This document shows, piece after piece, positions 9,326-19,335 of a stretch of DNA of 64,000 nt. Position numbers and translations under genes: made by a program. Below the pieces are notes generated by a model. It was not told the DNA's origin. It made no database searches and saw only the letters and a list, made by a program, of their open reading frames with translations. Position 1 is the first letter of the stretch; every line of letters starts with the position of its first letter. The stretch comes from Spirochaetia bacterium (lineage in GTDB: Bacteria > Spirochaetota > Spirochaetia > SZUA-6 > Bin103), in assembly GCA_965208575.1 (NCBI GenBank), contig CBDBOV010000006.1, positions 192,001 through 256,000 of the forward strand. The letters are read 5' to 3'.

Positions 9326-9943
9326 CTATCGCAGCACGTCGAGAATCGCATCCGGCAGCCACTGTTGCCGTGCGTCAGGAAACCGCCGCGGGGCGACGAG
9401 TTCGGTAAGCGGCTCGGTGGTCCGCGTCAGGAACTGGTCCCCGCGCGGACCCGTATAGATCTCGATCTGGCGCTCCACGAGATTGACGATCCACACCTCC
9501 GGAATGGCGTGCGCGGCATATAGCGGCAACTTCACGTTCCGATCCTTGTCCAGCGTGGTGTCCGACACCTCGACCAGAAGAAAGACATCCGCGGGGCGCG
9601 GGTGGTCCGGATATACCTTCTCGGGATCCGCGACCAGCATCAGGTCAGGCTGGGGAAGATTCACGTCGTCCAGATCGTCAGAGAGGCGAAGCGGCCCCTG
9701 GCTCACGATCTGCGCAAGGTCGCCGAGAGTGCGCTGGAAGCGCCTCGCCAGGTGGGAGACCGCCGCGGCATGAGGTGGATCGATGGTCATGGCGACGAGC
9801 TGACCGTCGAGCAATTCGACATGCTGATCTCCGTCGATGATGCCGGCACGCTCCATCGTGCGCAGTTCACGATAGGTAAGGCGGCGCACTCCGAGTACGT
9901 CGGCAAGTTCTTTCTGCAGAGTTCTTTGCGTCAGGACACCCAT
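9326..9943 (-). CDS. Uma2/DUF820 family endonuclease-fold protein
   Basis: VELLDGQLVAM..PPH, PQPDL, LLVEVSDTTLDKDRNVKLPLYA..IPEVWIVNL. Confidence 0.9.
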   Translation of the reverse strand: MGVLTQRTLQKELADVLGVRRLTYRELRTMERAGIIDGDQHVELLDGQLVAMTIDPPHAAAVSHLARRFQRTLGDLAQIVSQGPLRLSDDLDDVNLPQPDLMLVADPEKVYPDHPRPADVFLLVEVSDTTLDKDRNVKLPLYAAHAIPEVWIVNLVERQIEIYTGPRGDQFLTRTTEPLTELVAPRRFPDARQQWLPDAILDVLR

Positions 9944-9983
9944 GCCGCCTGCCAGCAGTATACCACGAACCGGGCAACAACTC

Positions 9984-10018
9984 CCGTACATCCGTACATC
10001 TCCGTACATTCGGTACAT
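9984..10018. repeat. Four near-tandem C(C/G)GTACAT octamers
   Basis: ccgtacat at 9984, 9992, 10002 and cggtacat at 10011. Confidence 0.7.
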
Positions 10019-10317
10019 CCCTATTGCCTCACGTAAAAATCTAACCTTACGGTGAGCGTGCCTCACGTAAGAATCTAACCGAAAGGGAGGCGGAGAACGA
10101 GGGGGGAGCGCGAGGGGGGAGACTCATAAATTGTGGATAAGTGGATAGGCTGCTGGGCGACCGGCCGGGTTGATTCAAGCACACCAACGCGACCGGGGGC
10201 GTATCTGGTTGGTCGGCGCGGATGAGGAGGCGTCAACGGCAGGGAGGTGGTCGGTGCCGTGTCGTGTCGCTGACCGAAGAGGGGGCGGACGGGTCTGGAG
10301 GCGACTTCGGTGCTGGT

Positions 10318-10449
10318 GACACGGGGATGTCCAGACACCACCTCGTGTCGCGGAGAGGCCTTACAGCGCGGCTGAGGCGACATTTCTTGACGCCGACCGT
10401 CTGGCTCACGGATATACGGGCGTCAGAGACGCTCAGAAGTCATTTGCCG
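10318..10449. repeat. Copy A of an imperfect ~130 bp direct repeat
   Basis: gacacggggatgtccagacaccacctcgtgtcgcggagaggccttacagcgcggctgaggcgac matches 12290 onward; weaker match continues to gtcattt(t)gccg. Confidence 0.85.
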
Positions 10450-10597
10450 AGCCGGGTGATGCCGCCCACGCCGCGATCGGCGCGCAGGTTGCTGCGGAGC
10501 GCACGGAGCGAGGCGCCCCGGACAACTGCACCGAGGTGCGTTGCCCGGGGCAGGGTCATGACAATTCCCCACCGCCGGGACGGGGTAGGCGACGAGG

Positions 10598-12271
10598 TTG
10601 CGACACCGGAGCCGTCGGGATCGAACGGGGCGGAGGAGATGCTGTACCCCGCTGACGGACGGAGGGCGTAGCCCGACCGGAGTCAGCCGGCGCGGTGCCG
10701 TGGAGGCCACCGTGGACGACGCCGAGATGGCGGACCAGGCAGCCAAGCTGCTCGCTTCCGGGATGAGCGGCTCAGCCTGCGCTCGCGAACTCGGCATCCC
10801 GGTGAGCACCTTCAACGAGAACCGCCGCGCCGGCGTCATCACAGATCCCACCCGGGAGCCCGCCGCCAGCGCCGAGGTTGCGCCGGCGGCCACCACCACT
10901 GATCACCCGGTCAGCACCGCCGCCGCGGTCAGCGACCCGGCGGTCGCCACTGAGCGCGCCAGCCGCGACGCCCGCGACAAGCACGCGCCCATGGGCCGCG
11001 CGGCGCGCGACGTGGAACGCCGCACGCTCGCCAGAGCCGGCCTGCTGACCGAGGCCACACCAGCGTTCGTCGAGCCCGCCCACGCGGTCGCTGGCGGCGG
11101 CGTGCTGGCCGCACTGGCGATGCTGCTGCGCGAGGGCCTGCTCACCGCCGCCAACCGCCTGTTCCGCCTGCCGGCCGGATTCTACGGCCTGACCACCATC
11201 CTCCTGTTCGTCGCCTGCATGACCCTGGCCCGGGTGCGCAACCCCGAGAGCCTGCGCTACCAGGCACCCGGCGAGTGGGGCGCCATCCTCGGCCTCGACC
11301 GCTGTCCGGAGACCAAGACGCTGCGCCGCAAGATCAGGCTGCTGGCCAGCGCCGAGCACACCGTGCGCGATTGGCAATCGGTACTGGCGCGTACCTGGGC
11401 CAGCGAGCACGACGACGACTGGACGACGCTGGCCGTGGATGGCCACGTGAAGGTGTACACCGGGCGCAACGGGCGGTTGCCGAAACACTTCGTCGCACGC
11501 CAGAAGCTGTGTCTGCCGGCGTCGGTGAGCTACTGGATCAACGCCCTCGGCGGCGCACCGCTGCTGTGCCTGCACAAGGCGCTGGACCCGAAGCCGGTGA
11601 ATGCGATCAAGCACGACGTGGTGCCGCAGTTGCAGCACCTGGGGGTGGTGACCGAAGCGGCCCCCGACCTGACCGGAGCACCGGCCGGTACCCCGCAGCT
11701 GACCCTGGTGTTCGACCGCGAGGGCTGGAGCCCGGACCTGTTCAAGCGCCTGGCCCGGCGTGGCATCGCCTGCATCACCTGGCACAAGAACTTCAACGGC
11801 GCGGACTGGCTGCCGGAAGACTTCCACACCTTCGAGGTACCGATCCATGGTCCCGCCGGCACCAGCACGACTGCGGTTGATCTGGCCGAGCAGCCGATCA
11901 TGCTGCGCAACGGGCTGGTGGTGCGCCAGATCCGGCGGCGTCTGGCCAACGGTCGTCAGGTGGCGGTGATCACCACGCACCCGCAGATGCCGTTGGCGCA
12001 GGTCGCCGGCGCCATGTTCTCGCGCTGGTCGCAGGAGAACTTCTTCAAGTACCTGCGCGAGCAGTTCAACCTTGACGCGCTGCCGAGCCATGACCTTGCG
12101 CCGCCGGAGCCCGACGCACGGGTCGTGAACCGGTGCGCCGGGCCCTGGAAAAGAGCATCAGGCGGGTACGCAGCCGGCTGGCAGCGGTCCGCAATCGCCT
12201 CGCCGAGGCACTGCAGGGACGGCACCGGGACTCCGCCACCCGGCTTACGGTCGCGGATAAAGTTGCACTGA
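10598..12271 (+). pseudogene. Disrupted putative transposase (Transposase_29-like)
   Basis: VDGHVKVYTG...LPKHFVARQKLC...YWIN, LVFDREGWS, RWSQENFFKY; frameshift near 12130 (continuation RRALEKSIRRVRSRL in another frame) and abrupt end near 12260. Confidence 0.75.
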
Positions 12272-12289
12272 ATTGCATGGTTATGCATA

Positions 12290-12424
12290 GACACGGGGGT
12301 ATCCAGACACCACCTCGTGTCGTGGAGGGGCCTTACAGCGCGGCTGAGGCGACGTTTTCTCATCGCTGACCGCCCATTCTCCGATTATCGACCGTCAGAC
12401 CCGCCTGAGAGGGTCATTTTGCCG
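12290..12424. repeat. Copy B of the ~130 bp direct repeat
   Basis: gacacgggggtatccagacaccacctcgtgtcgtggaggggccttacagcgcggctgaggcgac; includes the transposase stop codon. Confidence 0.85.
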
Positions 12425-13688
12425 TGCGACCGCTGCCACCACGCTCCTCGCTCGGTGTTTGCACCGTGCTTGGTGCGGCCTTGGCGGTCTTGCTGACGTT
12501 CAGCTGCAGCAGATCCTCGGTCAACCTGGTCAGCTCGCGCTTGAGGGCGACCGGATTCAACGTCGCGTACTGCTGCTTGAGGCGGTTCTTCACCTTCTCG
12601 CTCACCGACTCGGAGGCCAGCATGCGGTGATACGGCGTCTGCGGGTCGTCATAGATGCGGCGCACCTTGCTGCCGGTGCGGGTTTTCTTCACCAGCTTCA
12701 CCGAGGGATAGAAGAAGTTCACCAGCAGGCACAGCGGGCGGTATATCGCGTTGAGGGCAGCCAGTTCCCGGTCGGTGTCGTAACGCAGGTGGCCGACCGC
12801 CCGTCGCACCACGTGGCCATTCTTCTGCTCGACGTAGCAGGTGTCGTTCTTGCGATGCGGGCGACCCCGAGTGAACGTGATGCCGTGCGCTTCGCAATAG
12901 CGCAGCAAATGATGATTGATGAACTCGCTGCCGTTGTCGGTGTCGATCCCCCGCATCACGATCGGCAGGCTCTGCCGGGCAGCGTCGATCGCCTCGTGGG
13001 TCCAGCGCTGCGCCTTGTTCTGCACGCCGTACAGGTCGACCCAGCCGGTGTCAACGTCGGTGATGGTGAGCGTGTGGCAGAAGTCGCCTGACGCGTTGCC
13101 GCCTTCATGGCCCACCAAGTCGATCTCGAAGAAGCCCGGCTCCTGCTCGTCCCAGTCAGCGAAGGTTCGGATCGCGATCTGATCCTTCAGGAGGGTGCCC
13201 GGCTTGGTGTGCGTGCGACCCTTCAGGCGCAGCCGTGCGCGCTCCTGCTGCAGCAGCCGGTCGATGGTCGCGGCGCTGATGGTCTGCAGCTTGCCGCGCA
13301 CCGCTGCGGTCAGCTCGATCTCGCCGAACGACTCCAGCGTCGGCAGCATGGTGCGCAGCACGACCACCAGGCGCTTGCCGCACATGCAGTCGAACACGTA
13401 CCAGATCAGCTTCAGAGCGACCAGCACCTCCTGGTCGTAGCGCCGCGGTCGCACGCGGCGCTGGGCAGGCCGCGGACGCCCGACCACCAGCTTCACCAGT
13501 GTGCCGTCGACTCGCACCATGCGGGTCCGTCCCCACCAGGTCAACAGATGGATCGCGTACTTGCGCTGGTACCCGGTCGACTCGACGAACTCGTCGAGTA
13601 TGCGCCCCTTCTCCTTCTTGCCCGCCCGACGATACCGCTGCGCGTGCTGCTCGGTGAGCTCTCGCCTTGAACTCATCTTCAACCCCAT
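12414..13688 (-). CDS. DDE integrase-core (rve) transposase
   Basis: PGFFEIDLVGH, IDTDNGSEFIN, FTRGRPHRKNDTCYVEQKN DDE motifs. Confidence 0.92.
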   Translation of the reverse strand: MGLKMSSRRELTEQHAQRYRRAGKKEKGRILDEFVESTGYQRKYAIHLLTWWGRTRMVRVDGTLVKLVVGRPRPAQRRVRPRRYDQEVLVALKLIWYVFDCMCGKRLVVVLRTMLPTLESFGEIELTAAVRGKLQTISAATIDRLLQQERARLRLKGRTHTKPGTLLKDQIAIRTFADWDEQEPGFFEIDLVGHEGGNASGDFCHTLTITDVDTGWVDLYGVQNKAQRWTHEAIDAARQSLPIVMRGIDTDNGSEFINHHLLRYCEAHGITFTRGRPHRKNDTCYVEQKNGHVVRRAVGHLRYDTDRELAALNAIYRPLCLLVNFFYPSVKLVKKTRTGSKVRRIYDDPQTPYHRMLASESVSEKVKNRLKQQYATLNPVALKRELTRLTEDLLQLNVSKTAKAAPSTVQTPSEERGGSGRTAK

Positions 13689-13884
13689 CTCCTCCGGAAC
13701 CTCCTCACGTCCCTCGGAGAGGCTCCAACCGGACCCGGAAGGTCCAGCCCGTTCGGTTAGATTTTTAGATGAGGCATGCTTTCGCTACGGTTAGATTTTC
13801 GATGAGTCAATGCGACATCTGGTATAGCCGGGCACTTACCGGCTACTATCGTGTCCACTGCGTGCACTACGGGGGATTGACGAC

Positions 13885-15639
13885 ATGCAGACCGGACAGT
13901 CCGCGAGCCGCACCGGCGTACGCTACGAACCGAACGAAAAGCCGCCGCGCGCGTTGACGGTCGGGCTCGGCCTGCAGTTCACCATTCTGTGCATCGCGGG
14001 GGTGGTGCTGACGCCGGCGATCGTGGTGCGCGCCGCCGGCGGCAGCGAGACCTACCTGTCGTGGGCGGTGTTCGCGGCCGTCGCGGTCAGCGGCACCACC
14101 ACCGTGCTGCAGGCGGTCCGGTTCGGCCGCATCGGCGCCGGCTACGTGCTGCTGATGGGCACCTCCGGAGCATTCATCGCGGTGTGCGTGGGGGCCCTGG
14201 CCCAGGGCGGCCCGGCGATGCTGGCCACCCTGGTAGTCATCTCCTCGCTGTTCCAGTTCGCGCTCGCGGCGCGGCTCTCGCTGCTGCGCAGGGTGCTCAC
14301 GCCGACGGTGGCGGGAACGGTGATCATGCTGATCGCGGTCACGGTGATGCCGATCGTGTTCGACATGCTGAGCCAGGTGCCGGAAGGCGCCGCGCCGCTG
14401 GCCGCTCCGGTCAGCGCCCTGGTCACCGTGCTGGTGATCTCCGGGCTGGCACTGAAGGCCACCGGCCCGCTGCGCCTGTGGGCGCCGGTGGTCGGCGTCG
14501 TCGCCGGCTCGCTGGTCGCCGCTGCGTTCGGCCTGTACGACGCCGCCGCCGTCGGGCGGGCAGCGTGGGTCGGCATTCCCAACACCGCGTGGCCCGGCTT
14601 CGACCTGAGCTTCGGGCCGGTATTCTGGGCCCTGCTGCCGGCGTTCGTGTTCGTCACCCTGGTCGGCGCCATCGAGACGATCGGCGACGGCGTGGCCATC
14701 CAGCGCGTGTCGTGGCGCCGCCCGCGCGCCGTGGACTTCCGCGCCGTGCAGGGCGCGGTGGCCGCCGACGGCGCCGGCAACCTGCTCTCCGGCCTGGCCG
14801 GCACGGTACCCAACACCACCTATTCGACGAGCATCGCGGTAACCGAACTGACCGGCGTCGGCGCGCGCGGGGTCGGCGTCGCCATCGGGGTGATCTTCGT
14901 GGCGCTGGCGTTCCTGCCCAAGGCGCTCGGCGCGGTCCTGGCGATCCCCCCGCCCGTGGCGTCCGCGTACATAACCGTGCTGTTGGCGATGCTGTTCGTC
15001 ACCGGCATGAAGATGGTGATCCAGGATGGCATCGATTACCGCAAGGGGCTGGTCGTCGGCGTTTCGTTCTGGGCCGGCGTCGGCTTCCAGGGCGGCGTGA
15101 TCTTTCCCGAGTACTTCGCGGAGTTCGCCGGCGGCCTGTTGCAGAACGGCATGACCGCGGGCGGCCTGGTGGCGATCCTGATGACCCTGTTCATGGAGCT
15201 GACCAAGCCGCGCCGGCGCCGCCTGGAAGTGGAGGCCGACCTCGCCAACCTGCCGCAGATCACCGAGTTCCTCGACACGTTCGCGAAACGCAATGGCTGG
15301 GATCAGGCGATGGCGCAGCGCCTCAATGCGGCCGGAGAAGAGACGCTGACTTCATTGGTCGAACAGGAAGGAACCAAGGGCGATGCCCCGGCACGCCGGC
15401 GCCTGCTGCTCGTCGCCCGCAAGGAAGACGGCGGCGCCCTGCTGGAGTTCATCGCCTCCACCGGCCAGGACAACCTGCAGGACCGGCTCGCCCTGGTCGA
15501 CGCCCACTCCGCCGAGGTCCCGGACGAGCGCGAAATCTCGCTGCGGCTGTTGCGCCACCTCGCCTCGTCGGTGCGCCACGAGCAGTACCACGACACCGAA
15601 ATCGTCACCGTCCGCGTCGACCCTCCCCGCACGGCGTAG
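13885..15639 (+). CDS. NCS2 xanthine/uracil-type permease with C-terminal RsbW/HATPase_c-like domain
   Basis: VRYEPNEKPP, IETIGD, PNTTYS, ~12 hydrophobic segments, then ~140 aa soluble tail. Confidence 0.85.
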   Translation: MQTGQSASRTGVRYEPNEKPPRALTVGLGLQFTILCIAGVVLTPAIVVRAAGGSETYLSWAVFAAVAVSGTTTVLQAVRFGRIGAGYVLLMGTSGAFIAVCVGALAQGGPAMLATLVVISSLFQFALAARLSLLRRVLTPTVAGTVIMLIAVTVMPIVFDMLSQVPEGAAPLAAPVSALVTVLVISGLALKATGPLRLWAPVVGVVAGSLVAAAFGLYDAAAVGRAAWVGIPNTAWPGFDLSFGPVFWALLPAFVFVTLVGAIETIGDGVAIQRVSWRRPRAVDFRAVQGAVAADGAGNLLSGLAGTVPNTTYSTSIAVTELTGVGARGVGVAIGVIFVALAFLPKALGAVLAIPPPVASAYITVLLAMLFVTGMKMVIQDGIDYRKGLVVGVSFWAGVGFQGGVIFPEYFAEFAGGLLQNGMTAGGLVAILMTLFMELTKPRRRRLEVEADLANLPQITEFLDTFAKRNGWDQAMAQRLNAAGEETLTSLVEQEGTKGDAPARRRLLLVARKEDGGALLEFIASTGQDNLQDRLALVDAHSAEVPDEREISLRLLRHLASSVRHEQYHDTEIVTVRVDPPRTA

Positions 15640-15644
15640 CCGGG

Positions 15645-17294
15645 ATGAGCGCTGCTGTGGTGACGCGACCGGTCGCTAGCGAACGCGGCAAAGCCGCGGC
15701 GTTCGACGAAACGTTCGACGTACTCATCGTCGGGGCGGGGGCGTCGGGCTTGTACATGCTGTACCGGATGCGGCGGCTCGGGCTGTCGGTGCGGGTGCTG
15801 GAGGCGGGCGGCGGCGTGGGCGGCACCTGGTACTGGAACCGCTACCCGGGCGCCCGCTGCGACACCGACACGCTGGAGTACTCGTACAGCTTCTGCGAGG
15901 AGTTGCAGCAGGAGTGGGAGTGGCCGGAGCGCTACCCCACCCAGCCCGAGATCCTGCGCTACCTGGAGCACGTCGCCGACCGCTTCCGGCTGCGCTCCGA
16001 CATCTCCTTCAACACGCGGGTGGCGGCGGCCGCGTGGGACGAAGCGGAGTGCCGCTGGCGGGTACGGACCGAGCGGGGGCACACGCTGTCGGCGCAGTTC
16101 CTGGTCATGGCCACCGGCTGCCTGTCGGTGCCGATCACCGCGCCGATCGCCGGGACCGACTCGTTCGCCGGCCCCACCTACCACACCGGGCGCTGGCCGC
16201 ACGCGGGCGTGGACTTCACCGGACAGCGGGTCGGTATCATCGGCACCGGCTCGTCGGCGGTGCAGTCGATCCCCGTGATCGCCGAGCAGGCGCGCAGGCT
16301 GGTGGTGTTCCAGCGCACCGCCCAGTACTCGGTGCCGGCGCGCAACCAGCCGGTCGACCCCGAGCTGGTGGCCGAGATCAAGTCCGACTACGCCGGCTTC
16401 CGCGCCCGCAACCGGCGCATGCACAGCGGCCAGCTCTCGCACCGGCCCTTCAACGACATCTCGGCACTCTCCGTGGATGCCGCGGAGCGTGAACGCATCT
16501 TCGAGCAGCGCTGGCAGGAGGGCGGGTTCCTGTTCTTCGGCAGCTTCAACGACCTCATGGTCAACGAGGAAGCCAACGCCGCGGCGGCGGAGTTCGTGCG
16601 CCGCAAGATCCGTGCCACCGTGCGCGACCCGGCGGTCGCCGAGTTGCTGTGCCCGACCCACACCATCGCCTGCAAACGCCCGGTGCTGGACAGCGGCTAC
16701 TTCGAGGCGTTCAACCGCCGCAACGTGCTGCTGGTCGACGTCCACGCGGCCCCGATCCGGGAGATCACGCCGACCGGCGTGCGCACCGCGAACGCGCACT
16801 ACGAACTGGACTGCATCATCTTCGCCACCGGGTTTGACGGCATGACCGGCGCGCTGACGGCGATCGACCTGCGCGGGCGCGGCGGGGTGAGGCTGCGCGA
16901 CGAGTGGGAGGCCGGGCCGCGCAACTACCTCGGCCTGGCCGTGCCGGGATTCCCCAACCTGTTCACCATCACCGGCCCCGGCAGCCCGTCGGTGCTGACC
17001 AACATGATGGTGGCGATCGAGCAGCACGTGGAGTGGGTGGCGGAGTGCATCGGCCGCCTGCGCGAGCGGGGGATCGATTGCATCGAGGCGAAGCCGGCAG
17101 CAGCGGACGGGTGGGTGGAGCACGTCAACGAGGTGGCCGGGCGTACGCTCTACCCGACCTGCAACTCCTGGTACCTCGGCGCAAACATCCCCGGCAAGCC
17201 GCGCGTGTTCATGCCCCTGCCGGGGTTTCCCGCGTACGCGGACAAGTGCGAGGAAGTGGCGGCGAACGGCTACGAAGGGTTCGAACTTACCTGA
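15645..17294 (+). CDS. Baeyer-Villiger monooxygenase (CHMO/PAMO-like)
   Basis: GAGASG, GGTWYWNRYPGARCD, FAGPTYHTGRWP BVMO fingerprint, GTGSS, ATGFD. Confidence 0.95.
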   Translation: MSAAVVTRPVASERGKAAAFDETFDVLIVGAGASGLYMLYRMRRLGLSVRVLEAGGGVGGTWYWNRYPGARCDTDTLEYSYSFCEELQQEWEWPERYPTQPEILRYLEHVADRFRLRSDISFNTRVAAAAWDEAECRWRVRTERGHTLSAQFLVMATGCLSVPITAPIAGTDSFAGPTYHTGRWPHAGVDFTGQRVGIIGTGSSAVQSIPVIAEQARRLVVFQRTAQYSVPARNQPVDPELVAEIKSDYAGFRARNRRMHSGQLSHRPFNDISALSVDAAERERIFEQRWQEGGFLFFGSFNDLMVNEEANAAAAEFVRRKIRATVRDPAVAELLCPTHTIACKRPVLDSGYFEAFNRRNVLLVDVHAAPIREITPTGVRTANAHYELDCIIFATGFDGMTGALTAIDLRGRGGVRLRDEWEAGPRNYLGLAVPGFPNLFTITGPGSPSVLTNMMVAIEQHVEWVAECIGRLRERGIDCIEAKPAAADGWVEHVNEVAGRTLYPTCNSWYLGANIPGKPRVFMPLPGFPAYADKCEEVAANGYEGFELT

Positions 17295-17339
17295 AACAGC
17301 GTCCGGCGTGCGAGCCCGGTGCGCCGGTTCCGATGGCCG

Positions 17340-18353
17340 TCAGCGCGACGGGCCTCCTTGCCCACCGACCTGAGCGAGGCGCTGCAGGGCGGCGCCGGCC
17401 TCGGCGATCACGTCGCGCACCACCTGTCCGGCGGGCTTGACCTCGCGAATCAGGCCGGAACTCTGCCCGGCGGGCAGCACGCCGCGGTCGGTGTCGCCGC
17501 GGTGGCGGCCGAGCTCGGAGGCGGCGTGGCCGACGTGCAGCGCCTGCAGCGGGTAGGGCTCGATCTCGTCCTCGCGCGCCTCCCACGATTCGGTGAACTC
17601 GTTGCGGATCATCCGGCACGGCTTGCCGCTGTGCGCGCGCGTCACCACGGTGCCCGCCTCCGAGGTGGCCACGATCTTGCCCTTGTAGTTGCCGTGCGCG
17701 TGCGCCTCCGCGGACGCGACGAAGCGGGTGCCCATCCACACGCCCTGCGCGCCCAGCGCCAGCGCCGCCACCAGCGCACGCCCGTCGGCCAGCCCGCCGC
17801 CGGCCAGCACCGGCACGTCGACCGCGTCGGCGACCGCCGGAATCAGCACCGCGGTGCCGATGGTGCCCACGTGGCCGCCGCCGTCGCAGCCGGAGGCGAT
17901 CACGGCGTCTACCCCTCCCGCCACCGCCTTGACCGCGTGGCGTACCGCGCCCACCACCGACATCACGAAGATGCCGCGCGCATGCGCCTCCGGAACCGCC
18001 GCCGCCGGGCTGCCGAGCCCGGAAATCAGCACCGGCACCCGCTCCTCCAGCACCACCTGCACCATCTCCTGCACCGCGTCGGTGTAGCGCGCCGCCTCGC
18101 TACCGGTGGCGCGCACGGTCGCGAACAGGATGTCCACCCCGAACGGCTTGTCGGTCAGCTCCCGGGTCGCCGCGATCTGGCGCCGCAACTCGTCTGCCGC
18201 CATGTCGGTGCCGGCGCCGATCACGCCGAGCCCGCCCGCCTCCGACACCGCCGCCGCCAGCTCGGCGCGGGCCACCCACCCCATCCCGGCCTGAAACACC
18301 GGATACTCGATCCCGATCCGCTCGCAGACCGGCGTACGTAGCGCGAGCGTCAC
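17340..18353 (-). CDS. Nitronate monooxygenase / FabK-like flavoprotein
   Basis: YPVFQAGMG, GGLGVIG, DGGGHVG, LAGGGLADG, GVWMGTRF, AGQSSG. Confidence 0.9.
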   Translation of the reverse strand: MTLALRTPVCERIGIEYPVFQAGMGWVARAELAAAVSEAGGLGVIGAGTDMAADELRRQIAATRELTDKPFGVDILFATVRATGSEAARYTDAVQEMVQVVLEERVPVLISGLGSPAAAVPEAHARGIFVMSVVGAVRHAVKAVAGGVDAVIASGCDGGGHVGTIGTAVLIPAVADAVDVPVLAGGGLADGRALVAALALGAQGVWMGTRFVASAEAHAHGNYKGKIVATSEAGTVVTRAHSGKPCRMIRNEFTESWEAREDEIEPYPLQALHVGHAASELGRHRGDTDRGVLPAGQSSGLIREVKPAGQVVRDVIAEAGAALQRLAQVGGQGGPSR

Positions 18354-18463
18354 AGGAGTGGTCAGATGTTCCGAGCGAGTGTTCAGAGTATTCATTGGTG
18401 GTAGTTCACGAGCCTACAACAGCCCGACGCGCACTGCAATTCGGCTACCGCGGCTCCCACGCC

Positions 18464-18973
18464 TCACGAGCCACCCTGCACAGCAGCGTGCAATTCAGAG
18501 ATGCGCAGGATCAACATGAGCGGCTCGTGTTCCGAGAACGGACGGAACCCCCAACGCTGGTAGAATTCCGCCGCTCGATCGCCCAGCGCCTGGACGATGA
18601 TGGCACGTGCTCCGATCACCCCGGCGGCGGCCACCGATCTCTTCGCGGCATCGACCAGCAGATCGGATCCCAGCCCCACTCCCTGATACGCCTCGTCTAC
18701 GGCAAGCTGTCCCAACAGGATCACGGGGATCGGCTCAGGCATGCTCCGACCGACTCGGGACGACACCCTGCGTCGTTCCACGGAACTGGCCGCCAGACTG
18801 TAGAAGGCCACCACGCGGTCTCCTTCACACACGACGTACGTCCTGGCGCCGCCCTTGGCCTCGTTGAGCCGAGCCTTTCGCTGCAGCCAGGTATTGAGGC
18901 TGGCGACTCCGCAGTCGAAATGCGATGCGTCGTGACCAGGACTCAGCGGCTGGGGAGCGGTCAGCGCTCCCAC
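18464..18973 (-). CDS. GNAT acetyltransferase toxin (TacT/AtaT-like)
   Basis: FDCGVASLNTWL, ILLGQLAVD..YQGVGLGSDLL, AAEFYQRWGF. Confidence 0.9.
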   Translation of the reverse strand: MGALTAPQPLSPGHDASHFDCGVASLNTWLQRKARLNEAKGGARTYVVCEGDRVVAFYSLAASSVERRRVSSRVGRSMPEPIPVILLGQLAVDEAYQGVGLGSDLLVDAAKRSVAAAGVIGARAIIVQALGDRAAEFYQRWGFRPFSEHEPLMLILRISELHAAVQGGS

Positions 18974-19218
18974 TGCGGGCGGCGCCCAAACAGTTCCTGC
19001 AGGCGGTCGTTCGGCTCCACCGGCGCATTGAGCGCACCGACGAACGCGGCGTACGCTTCATCGCCGAGCGCGATAACCGGTCGCTCATTCAGCGCCTCGA
19101 TCGCCGCCGCCTCGCTCGAACGCAGCACGAACTCGGTCCGCGTGACCCCGCGGATCGCCGCCGCCCGATCGATCAGCGCCAAGCGCTCATCTCTCATCCT
19201 GAAATTTACCTGAGCCAT
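18961..19218 (-). CDS. DUF1778 antitoxin (TacA/AtaR-like)
   Basis: VNFRM..ERLALIDRAA...TRTEFVL..S; upstream of GNAT. Confidence 0.9.
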   Translation of the reverse strand: MAQVNFRMRDERLALIDRAAAIRGVTRTEFVLRSSEAAAIEALNERPVIALGDEAYAAFVGALNAPVEPNDRLQELFGRRPQWER

Positions 19219-19230
19219 CGGTTGCCATTG

Positions 19231-19245
19231 TATACCGTACGTATA
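19231..19245. promoter_or_regulatory. Palindromic operator candidate for DUF1778-GNAT
   Basis: tataccgtacgtata just upstream of the antitoxin start. Confidence 0.45.
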
Positions 19246-19309
19246 GACGCTCTGTCAACAGGGGCACGGTTCCGATTGCACCGGCTCTGAACGGCACAGT
19301 ATGATGTGG

Positions 19310-19326
19310 CACACAGAGGTTGTGTG
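19310..19326. promoter_or_regulatory. Inverted-repeat operator candidate for RHH-PIN
   Basis: cacaca-gaggt-tgtgtg just before ATG 19336. Confidence 0.5.
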
Positions 19327-19335
19327 ACTGTGAGA

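Larger units (their letters stand above)
10023..13811 (-). mobile_element. rve-type IS (IS481/ISNCY-like) with nested cargo
   Basis: Imperfect terminal IRs attgcctcacgtaaaaatctaacc (10023) and revcomp attgactcatcgaaaatctaacc (13811); each end has a second internal copy of the AATCTAACC motif; transposase 12414..13688. Confidence 0.7.

Noticed and set aside
10132-10140. DnaA box as a replication origin
   Set aside because: Single box inside an IS end; no box cluster, unwinding element or dnaA/rep gene
12249-12290. dif/Xer-like site
   Set aside because: A XerC-like arm (ggtcgcggataa) lacks a correctly spaced XerD arm
13989-17294. Apparent 1101-aa BVMO fusion
   Set aside because: Upstream part is an off-frame shadow of the permease; the BVMO starts at 15645
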